A stretch of 64,000 nt of DNA from a virus (taxonomy: Duplodnaviria > Caudoviricetes): the IMG/VR virus record IMGVR_UViG_3300015607_000582, positions 78,929 to 142,928 of that record; one strand, 5' to 3'. The stretch's first letter is position 1; each line of letters opens with the position of its first letter. Below are positions 36,707 to 43,623 of the stretch, one piece after another. The notes beneath the pieces are model-generated. The model worked only from the letters and a program-made list of their open reading frames with translations. It was not told where the DNA came from and made no database searches. Both the position numbers and the translations under genes were made by a program.

Positions 36707-37509
36707 GTCAGTGGCCTCACTTCACCCGAGAGGATCATCTCCTCGTTCTCCAGCCCGTGCTCGACGCGATAGTCGGCACCCTGCAGCTCGATGCGGAACT
36801 GCTTGGCCGACAGCAGGGAGTGGATGCGCGGGAACTCCCGCTCCAGATCCTCCTCCAGCATGTTGGTCGTCGTCGCCGTCGGCAGGTTGCGCGAGGTGCG
36901 GTGCCGGATCACCTCTTCGAGCTGGTCCTCGAAGAAGGAGCGCATCTTGTCCGAGCGCGGCTTGAGGATGTCGTCGATGACCAAGAACTCGGCGTCGGTC
37001 AGCTTCGACCGGATCCAGTCACGGCGAACGGCGTCCTCCAGCTCGTAGAGGGACTTCATCTCCATGAACTGGATGAACCAGACGGAGTAGCCGTCGAGCG
37101 CGAGTGCCTTGGCGATGTGGGCCGCTGTCATCGTCTTTCCGACGCCGAGGCGCTTGCCCATGATCTCCCAGCCGAAGCCCGACATGCGTGCCGTCTCGAA
37201 GTTCGTGATGTACTTCTCGATCCGGTCGCGGTGCTCGTTGTGCGGGTACTCGTTCCAGTCGAGCACCTGATACTCCAGCGGAATGTTGGCCAAGCAGTAG
37301 AGCTTGAAGAGCTGGAGCATCGGGTGCGACCCGTACTCGTCCGTCGGGCACTCGTGGTCTTCGCCGCGAAAGCGGTACGTCCCGGTGCCGCGACAGACGG
37401 GGCACTTGCCGCCCGTTCGGATGTAGTCCGGGTTCCTGTCCAGCTCAGCCCGCTGGCTGTCGCTCAGTGCCCTCGGCAACTTCGTCGCCATCAGATTCGT
37501 CAAGTCCAT
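36697..37509 (-). CDS. dnaC: DnaC/IstB-like AAA+ helicase loader
   Basis: CPVC Zn site, GKRLGVGKT, LVIDD, R....LPT.TTTN, GADYR. Confidence 0.88.
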   Translation of the reverse strand: MDLTNLMATKLPRALSDSQRAELDRNPDYIRTGGKCPVCRGTGTYRFRGEDHECPTDEYGSHPMLQLFKLYCLANIPLEYQVLDWNEYPHNEHRDRIEKYITNFETARMSGFGWEIMGKRLGVGKTMTAAHIAKALALDGYSVWFIQFMEMKSLYELEDAVRRDWIRSKLTDAEFLVIDDILKPRSDKMRSFFEDQLEEVIRHRTSRNLPTATTTNMLEEDLEREFPRIHSLLSAKQFRIELQGADYRVEHGLENEEMILSGEVRPLTWS

Positions 37510-38194
37510 CTTCGCCCCTGCCGCGCAGCAAGTCCTCTGCTGCCTCGATCTTCCGCAGGTTCTCGATGCGCCGTGGCTCGAACTCCTGCAGTACCCTGAG
37601 CACGGTATCAGCACGGTCGGACGAACTACCGTCGTCGAGCTTGAGGATGTTGAGCGGAGACCCGGCCGCGATGTAGCTCTCCATCAGCTCGCGCAGGGCC
37701 TCGTCCACGCCCTTCTCGAACTCGCTGGCGTCGTCGCCGACGGGCAGGTAGAAGGCGTAGTCGTAGTTCCACGTCTCGACCAGTGCGATGGCCAAGCAGG
37801 GCAGCACCTGCTGGAGGTGGAGCAGCTCCTGTCGCTCGGTGTCGGTGAAGTCGACGTCGAGCAGACGGGCCGTGAGCGCGTTGATCCGCTGACCGCAGTG
37901 GGCCATGCGGTCGAAGCAGGTGCCGACCTCGATGACGCCACGGGCCGCGATCTCATCCTCGCTCTCGCTGCGGAAGTGGACGAGCTTTGCCCAGAGTGCG
38001 AGTGACGTGCGCCACGACCCCTTCTCGCCGAGGGGGAAGCCGTATGCGCTCGTGCGCTGCTCGCTGCCGTTCCCTCCGGCGAGGTCGACGAGGTATGGGC
38101 GATTCTCGTGTGGCCACCCGCACCACAGATCGTGGGCGAGATCGGTCTTGCCAGTCCCCGGTGCCCCGAGGATGCCGATGCGAGGAGGCGTCAC
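37445..38194 (-). CDS. P-loop nucleotide kinase/AAA_28-like protein
   Basis: RIGILGAPGTGKT, YDYAFYLP. Confidence 0.7.
   Translation of the reverse strand: MTPPRIGILGAPGTGKTDLAHDLWCGWPHENRPYLVDLAGGNGSEQRTSAYGFPLGEKGSWRTSLALWAKLVHFRSESEDEIAARGVIEVGTCFDRMAHCGQRINALTARLLDVDFTDTERQELLHLQQVLPCLAIALVETWNYDYAFYLPVGDDASEFEKGVDEALRELMESYIAAGSPLNILKLDDGSSSDRADTVLRVLQEFEPRRIENLRKIEAAEDLLRGRGEDGLDESDGDEVAEGTERQPAG
37602..37627 (-). promoter_or_regulatory. Class A-like promoter upstream of the loader
   Basis: AGTTCGTCCGAC-N8-TACCGT, inside a CDS. Confidence 0.5.
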
Positions 38195-39099
38195 GACAGC
38201 TCGTCCGCCTTCGCCTTGCGAGGCTTGAGGAGGGACATCGAGACCTTCGGTGCCACGCGGAACTTCATGAAGACCGCGAGCAGGGACGGGTCGGCCACGA
38301 CGAGCGCCTCGGCCTTCTCCTCGTCGAGGGTGACGGTCGTGGAGGCCAGCGAGAGCAGCTCCTCTGCATCCAGCTCGCTCAGGTCGAACGACGAGGACAC
38401 GGAGAGGGTGACCGTCTTCGTCACGCACTTCTCGGCCAGCTCGGGGAACTCGTCCACGAAGCCGAGGACGTCGAAGTCAGCGCCGCGCTCAGTCCGCCCA
38501 CGGCCGTAGACCATCTTCGTCTGCGTGTTGACGTACTGGTACTTCATGTACTGCGGGTCGGGCTCCATGACCACGATCCACTCGCGGTCGTTGTCCGGGT
38601 TGGGCTCCATGAGCAGCTCACCGTCAGCGGTGATCGCCACGCACATGTCCGGGTAGCGAGTGTTCAGGGCGTCGTCGATGTCCTCGCCGTCCTTGAGCAG
38701 GACGCGCTCGGTGACCCGCTCCAGCGGCACGTTGTCGATGATGTACTGCGTGAGCAGGTCGAAGAACTGGGACTTGCGGACGTCCTTCGACTCCTCGGCG
38801 TCCTTCCACTTGTCGTAGACCTTGCCGAGGTCTGCGGTGAGGATCTGGAGCTTGTCGTTGACGGTCTCCGCCGCCTCGATCTGCTCCTCGATGGTCTGCT
38901 TCTTGGCCTTGGTCGTCATCTCCGCTCTCCGTTCGATTGCGATCTGCTGATGGGAACAGTGTCCCCTGAACCTGAACCCGTCACAGTCGCAGACGGGTTC
39001 ATCTGGCCACGGTGGGAAGAGGACATCGTGTACCGCTCCCTCGATTGTCTGCGAGGGGACGGGGATGATCTCCCAACCGTGTTCTGGTCCGATTGCCAT
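38191..39099 (-). CDS. SWIM Zn-finger N-terminus plus conserved phage hypothetical domain
   Basis: CDCDGFRFRGHCSH. Leaderless ATG at 39099. Second in-frame RBS/ATG at 38919. Confidence 0.7.
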   Translation of the reverse strand: MAIGPEHGWEIIPVPSQTIEGAVHDVLFPPWPDEPVCDCDGFRFRGHCSHQQIAIERRAEMTTKAKKQTIEEQIEAAETVNDKLQILTADLGKVYDKWKDAEESKDVRKSQFFDLLTQYIIDNVPLERVTERVLLKDGEDIDDALNTRYPDMCVAITADGELLMEPNPDNDREWIVVMEPDPQYMKYQYVNTQTKMVYGRGRTERGADFDVLGFVDEFPELAEKCVTKTVTLSVSSSFDLSELDAEELLSLASTTVTLDEEKAEALVVADPSLLAVFMKFRVAPKVSMSLLKPRKAKADELS

Positions 39100-39106
39100 G
39101 TGAACC

Positions 39107-39132
39107 AGTGTACTCGACGGGTCGGATGAACC
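39107..39132 (-). promoter_or_regulatory. Class A (putative middle) promoter heading the replication operon
   Basis: GGTTCATCCGAC-N8-TACACT-N7-ATG. Confidence 0.72.
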
Positions 39133-39144
39133 GTCTTGGGTATC

Positions 39145-39173
39145 ATCGTAGCGAGTCCCCGCATGGCAGTCAA
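39145..39173 (-). promoter_or_regulatory. Host sigmaA/sigma70-type promoter
   Basis: TTGACT-N17-TACGAT. Confidence 0.7.
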
Positions 39174-39225
39174 CCCCTGTATCGAGGTATTCGCTCTTCT
39201 CGGTACACGCGCGTCGCGTGACGCG

Positions 39226-39410
39226 AGTAAAGGGGCGACTGCGCGGCCTCTCGGAATGGCGCAGTCTCGCCCAACGGCCTCGTACCGTCTAGGTGTCACC
39301 GAACGACCAGTCGGTGTGCTGCCGGTGCTTGCCGGGCCCGCTGGGGGCTATGCTGGGGCCGCTGCTCGACTCCCGTCGCCGGGGGCAGGTCGCTCCAGAG
39401 AAGCGGCCGG
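39226..39410 (-). ncRNA. Candidate structured non-coding RNA
   Basis: Follows a class A promoter, has no credible ORF, forms three hairpins and ends in a GC stem plus CTTT. Confidence 0.5.
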
Positions 39411-39416
39411 AGCCCA

Positions 39417-39442
39417 ATCGTAGCGAGGCCGTCGGACGAACC
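39417..39442 (-). promoter_or_regulatory. Class A (putative middle) promoter
   Basis: GGTTCGTCCGAC-N8-TACGAT. Confidence 0.72.
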
Positions 39443-39476
39443 GAGGCCCGCCCCGGTGATCGTCGGGACGGGCCTC
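39443..39476 (-). terminator. Terminator-like hairpin after the holin-like gene
   Basis: GAGGCCCGTCCCG...CGGGGCGGGCCTC, with only a weak U tail. Confidence 0.5.
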
Positions 39477-39523
39477 GTGGCGGAGATGATGAGCGGCGAG
39501 CCTACGTGCGCGCCTTCGCAGGG

Positions 39524-39838
39524 TCAAGCCTGCTCCACTCCAGCCGATCCCTTCCTGATGGCCTCGACCTGCGCGACGCTCGTGTTGTAGGCCGCGACGG
39601 CCTCGACGGCTGCCTTCTTGAGGTCGTGCCGCTTCGCGCTGTAGGCGATGGCCTGCAGGCTGGTGAGCAGCGACACGCCGAGGATGACCCACGGCGCGTA
39701 CTCGTCCGGAACGACCGGGACGAGATCGGTGAGCACCGTCAGCAGGACGGTTGTCCACTGGATGACGACAGTGGTGACGAGGGCGATGTACTCGGAGGTC
39801 TTCTTGCCCGGCTTGAGGGCGAGGTCGTGCAGTTCCAT
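39524..39838 (-). CDS. Holin-like two-TM membrane protein
   Basis: KPGKKTSEY followed by two hydrophobic helices and a basic C-terminus. Class B-like motif upstream (39861-39873). Confidence 0.6.
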   Translation of the reverse strand: MELHDLALKPGKKTSEYIALVTTVVIQWTTVLLTVLTDLVPVVPDEYAPWVILGVSLLTSLQAIAYSAKRHDLKKAAVEAVAAYNTSVAQVEAIRKGSAGVEQA

Positions 39839-39887
39839 GATGCTCCAGTGTGTCGGTGTGGGCACACATTAGGCCGGTGCTCTGCCG

Positions 39888-39913
39888 AGTTCGTCCGGCC
39901 AGCCGCGTATCAT
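39888..39913 (+). promoter_or_regulatory. Class A promoter on + strand
   Basis: AGTTCGTCCGGC-N8-TATCAT-N7-ATG(39921). Confidence 0.7.
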
Positions 39914-39920
39914 GGGCACC

Positions 39921-42044
39921 ATGACGAGCACAGGTCATAGGCTGGCTGTCCCGCGTGGACATGGCCAGCGAGAGATTGGACGGCTGCCCGCAGTCGTCGC
40001 ATCGGCGGGCCCGGCGAGGAAACTGTGCAACTTCGCTGGGTCCGCCGGAGCACCCCGCTGGCGCGTCTTCAACGACGCCGACAAGCACGAGCTGTTCTCG
40101 GGCGACGAGCGGCGCAAGTTCCTCTTCCTCGAACGGCACGAGACGCTGCCGCTGCAGTGGGCGGTCGAGAGCTTCGACCCCACCTACCTGCAGCGCATGG
40201 GCGACGCGATGACGGCCTACAACACGGTCACCGTCTTCGCCGTCGACGGCTTCCTTGCCCGCGCGGCCGAGCAGGGGTACGAGGTGGTCTTCCTCGAAGA
40301 CCCTGCCGAGGAGTTCGCGTGGCTGGCGTCACTGTCGGAGCCGGTCGGCGTCTCGATTGCCGAGCCGCACCTCGACGGCACGACCGACGAGGGGTTCCTG
40401 CCCTGTCAGGCGCAGGGCATCAACTTCGCCAAGGGGCGACGTGCGACCTACCTCAACTGGTCGACCGGCGTCGGCAAGTCCGTGGCCATGCTCGGCCTGA
40501 TCGAGTGGTACACCAAGCACGACCTCATCGACCTCGTGCTCTGCTTCGTGAAGCCCCACAACAAGATCAACACCCAGCGCGGATTCGAGCGGCTGTGGGG
40601 GATCGAGGGCGACCCGCGCTCGGTGATCGTCGACGGCACGCTGCGCAAGCGCGAGAACCAGTACGTCGACGTCGCTCGGGCGATGAAGGGCGGCGAGGTG
40701 CCGATCCTCATCACCAACCACGAGAAGATGCGCGAGGACGTCGAGGCGATGAAGTTCCTCGTCGAGGGGCGGCGCGTCCTGATCCTGTGGGACGAGATGA
40801 GCAGCAAGCTCGGCAACCACGAGACCGCGATCTACAAGGGCACCGTCGAGGCGCTGTACACCTCCCACACGTCGCGCAAGAAGGTCACGGGGCGCGGCAA
40901 CAAGAAGGTCGAGGAGACCGTCCGCTCGTACTTCCCCCGCGCAGGCTCGGAGCGGACGGCGGAGGTCTACCACGTCGCGCTGTCAGCGACCCCCATCGAG
41001 CACAACCCCGGCCAGTTCTTCAACCAGTTCAACATCATGGACCCGACGATCTACGGCACCCGTCGAGCCTTCGAGAGCACGTTCGGGCGTGGCCGCGACC
41101 CGTGGAACAACATCGTCTGGGACGCCAACAAGCTGCCGCTGGTGGGGCTCATGGCTCTCGACGCAATCCACCAGATCGACAAGGAAGACCCGGACATCGC
41201 CGAGCAGTTTCCCGAGGTCATGCCGCCCGAGACCGTCTACCTGCAGATGTCGCCGGGCGAAGCGTTCCTGTACGACAAGCTCGTCGCCGAGTACGAGAAC
41301 ATGCGCGAGGCCGACGCCTCGATTCTCGACGAGACGGAGATCCTCGCCGCCCTCAACGTGCTGGAGATGATCTGCTGCAATCCGATGGCGGTGCTCGACA
41401 GCGCGAAGGCCCATCAGGAGTGGCTCGATGGCGGCGGTCGGCCGGAGGATCGAGCTGGATCGCAGGTCGCGTGGAAGCTGCGCGAGCTGATCGACAACGA
41501 CAAGAAGTTCAACATCGTGCCGACCAAGTCGCTGGCCCTCATCGAGGAGCTGGAGGAGAACCCGGACGAGAAGTACGTCGTGTTCACCTCGCTCAACGAC
41601 AGCCTGATCCCGTACCTGTCGGGGTGGCTGGACAAGGTTGGCATCTCGCACGTCTGCTACCACGGCGGCCTGTCGATGCAGCAGAAGCAGGCGGCCGAGG
41701 ATGCGTTCCAGAACGACCCTGACGTCCGGGTGTTCCTGTCGTCCGATGCCGGATCCGACTCGATCAACCTGCACGCGGCCGCCGAGGTCATCCACTACAA
41801 CCTGCCGTGGTCGTACGCGAAGAAGATCCAGCGCCAGAACCGCATCAACCGACTGACGTCGACGCGACTGACCAACCGCTACCGCGACCTGCGGTTCTCG
41901 GGCACCTACGAGGACCGCAAGGAGGAGGTCATCGCCCAGAAGGCGGGCTTCCACACCGGCATCCTGCGCGGCGCCATCGCGGAGCAGGCCCAGACCCTGC
42001 GGCGCGGCGACTTCATGTACGTGCTTCTCGGAGGAGAGCGATGA
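39921..42044 (+). CDS. SF2 (SNF2-like) helicase
   Basis: STGVGKS, LWDEMS, LSATP, VFLSSDAGSDSINL, QRQNRINR. Confidence 0.9.
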   Translation: MTSTGHRLAVPRGHGQREIGRLPAVVASAGPARKLCNFAGSAGAPRWRVFNDADKHELFSGDERRKFLFLERHETLPLQWAVESFDPTYLQRMGDAMTAYNTVTVFAVDGFLARAAEQGYEVVFLEDPAEEFAWLASLSEPVGVSIAEPHLDGTTDEGFLPCQAQGINFAKGRRATYLNWSTGVGKSVAMLGLIEWYTKHDLIDLVLCFVKPHNKINTQRGFERLWGIEGDPRSVIVDGTLRKRENQYVDVARAMKGGEVPILITNHEKMREDVEAMKFLVEGRRVLILWDEMSSKLGNHETAIYKGTVEALYTSHTSRKKVTGRGNKKVEETVRSYFPRAGSERTAEVYHVALSATPIEHNPGQFFNQFNIMDPTIYGTRRAFESTFGRGRDPWNNIVWDANKLPLVGLMALDAIHQIDKEDPDIAEQFPEVMPPETVYLQMSPGEAFLYDKLVAEYENMREADASILDETEILAALNVLEMICCNPMAVLDSAKAHQEWLDGGGRPEDRAGSQVAWKLRELIDNDKKFNIVPTKSLALIEELEENPDEKYVVFTSLNDSLIPYLSGWLDKVGISHVCYHGGLSMQQKQAAEDAFQNDPDVRVFLSSDAGSDSINLHAAAEVIHYNLPWSYAKKIQRQNRINRLTSTRLTNRYRDLRFSGTYEDRKEEVIAQKAGFHTGILRGAIAEQAQTLRRGDFMYVLLGGER

Positions 42045-42292
42045 CCCGGCCCAAGTTCGTCAAGGTGCAGCAACCACTGCCCGGAGCCGGTCTCGTATCG
42101 TTCGGCGCGGGACGGAGCGTGAAGTCTCGCCAGACGGAGTTCGACGAGAAGTACCACCCCAGCCTCGTGCGCTTCGACATCGGCATGCACGCTCGCCGGA
42201 ATGGACACCTGAGCCCCGGCGGCCCAGTCTCCATGGCGGGGTCAAGTCCCGACTGGAGCAGGCTGGAGGATGAGCGCAAGCTCTGCGACTAG
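42041..42292 (+). CDS. Hypothetical protein
   Basis: GGAGGAG RBS, ATGA overlap with the helicase stop. Confidence 0.65.
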   Translation: MTRPKFVKVQQPLPGAGLVSFGAGRSVKSRQTEFDEKYHPSLVRFDIGMHARRNGHLSPGGPVSMAGSSPDWSRLEDERKLCD

Positions 42293-42831
42293 GCGAAGTC
42301 GATTGCGCTCGACACCTTGATCTGCCCGTTGGGGAGAGCCAGCACGAGGTAGAACGCTGCGATGTTGGCGCTCTCGTTGATCGTGATGGCGATCTGCCCG
42401 GAGGCGTTCGACACGAGCGAGAACGCCTTCTTGGAGCCGGATTCGTCGATGATGAGGCCGGTGCTCGCGGTCACCGCGCCGTTCGGGGCGGTGTTGATGA
42501 GGTCGAGGCCGTCGCTGTTGTCCGAGAACCACGCCTTGACCCGCCGCGACGCCCGGAGGTTGATCCCGAGGATGTCCTTGAGCTGGATGGTGACGCCGAT
42601 GGCGTTCCCGGCCTCGGCCGCGACCGTGATGGTGGTCGTGGAGGCGTCGGGAGCCTGCTCGTCGAGGTTGCTGGAGACGATCTGCCAGCGGCCCATCGTC
42701 AGGTTCAGGTCACGACGCACGGCGGGGTCGTCCACGTTCACGCGCGTGCCGCCCGCAGCCACCGTGGCGATGCTCGTCTTGTTGATGCGCAGCGGCGTCG
42801 CCGAAATGCGGCCGATCTGGAGGATTGCCAT
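42289..42831 (-). CDS. Small virion (decoration-like) protein, paralog B, with Ig-like C-terminus
   Basis: Paralogous to 42939-43505. Own class B motif at 42849-42861. Confidence 0.65.
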   Translation of the reverse strand: MAILQIGRISATPLRINKTSIATVAAGGTRVNVDDPAVRRDLNLTMGRWQIVSSNLDEQAPDASTTTITVAAEAGNAIGVTIQLKDILGINLRASRRVKAWFSDNSDGLDLINTAPNGAVTASTGLIIDESGSKKAFSLVSNASGQIAITINESANIAAFYLVLALPNGQIKVSSAIDFA

Positions 42832-42865
42832 CGTCGTCCTTCCGGGGGTTCACCTGTTAGGTGCC

Positions 42866-42905
42866 AGAACGCAGACGGCCGCCCCCTCGCGAAAGGGGAC
42901 GGCCG
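42866..42905 (-). terminator. Intrinsic terminator-like hairpin
   Basis: CGGCCGTCCCCT-TTCGCG-AGGGGGCGGCCG followed by TCTGCGTTCT. Confidence 0.6.
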
Positions 42906-42938
42906 CTGTACTGAGCCCACATCGTGGTGGGGCAGTGA

Positions 42939-43505
42939 CTACGCGAGGTCGATGACGTCCGAGACCTTCAGCTCGCCGTTGGGGAACTCGACCCAGAGGT
43001 ACTTCGGGGTCGCGTTGCCCGCGTGAGCGACGGACAGGACGAGCACGCCGTTGGCGTCGGTGACGCCCTTGAACACGAGGTCGTCGACGACCTCTGCGAC
43101 CAGCGATCCGGTCGTGGCCGTGACGGTGATCGTGTCGTCGCTCGCGACAGCTCCGGTCGTCGCCGAGCTGGACAGCCAGCAGTTGACGGTGCGGACGGCG
43201 TCGACGTCGACCCCGGTCACGTCCTTGAGGGTGACGGTGACGGCGATGGCGTCACCGGCCTCGGTTGCGACGGCGATGGTCGACGCGCCAGCGTCAGCGA
43301 CGCCGCCAGCGGCAGCGACGGGAGCGCCGGAGTCGACGATGTCGGTGAGGACGACCCACTGACCGACGGAACGGTTCAGGTCGCGCTTGACGGCGGGGTT
43401 GTCGAGGTCGACGGTCGTGCCGCCATCGGCGACGGTAGCGATGGGGGTGCGGTCGATGCGAAGGCGCTTGCGCGCAGTGCGGGCGATGCGGATGAGATTG
43501 GCCAT
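42939..43505 (-). CDS. Small virion (decoration-like) protein, paralog A, with Ig-like C-terminus
   Basis: Shared N-terminus LRI..T.IATVA.GGT.V..D.PAV.RDLN. Own class B motif at 43603-43615. Confidence 0.65.
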   Translation of the reverse strand: MANLIRIARTARKRLRIDRTPIATVADGGTTVDLDNPAVKRDLNRSVGQWVVLTDIVDSGAPVAAAGGVADAGASTIAVATEAGDAIAVTVTLKDVTGVDVDAVRTVNCWLSSSATTGAVASDDTITVTATTGSLVAEVVDDLVFKGVTDANGVLVLSVAHAGNATPKYLWVEFPNGELKVSDVIDLA

Positions 43506-43623
43506 GTTCGTGTCCTTTGGGATCGTGTGGTTGCTCTACGGAGCAGCCCGCTCAGGCGGCCAAGCCTGTCGGGTCGGTCATCGCGCTTGCGCTTGATGCC
43601 AGCTCACCCTTTAGGCACGAGCG

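Noticed and set aside
39226-39410. tRNA, SRP RNA or tmRNA identity for the structured segments
   Set aside because: No TTCRA T-loop cloverleaf with CCA end and no SRP domain IV consensus recognised
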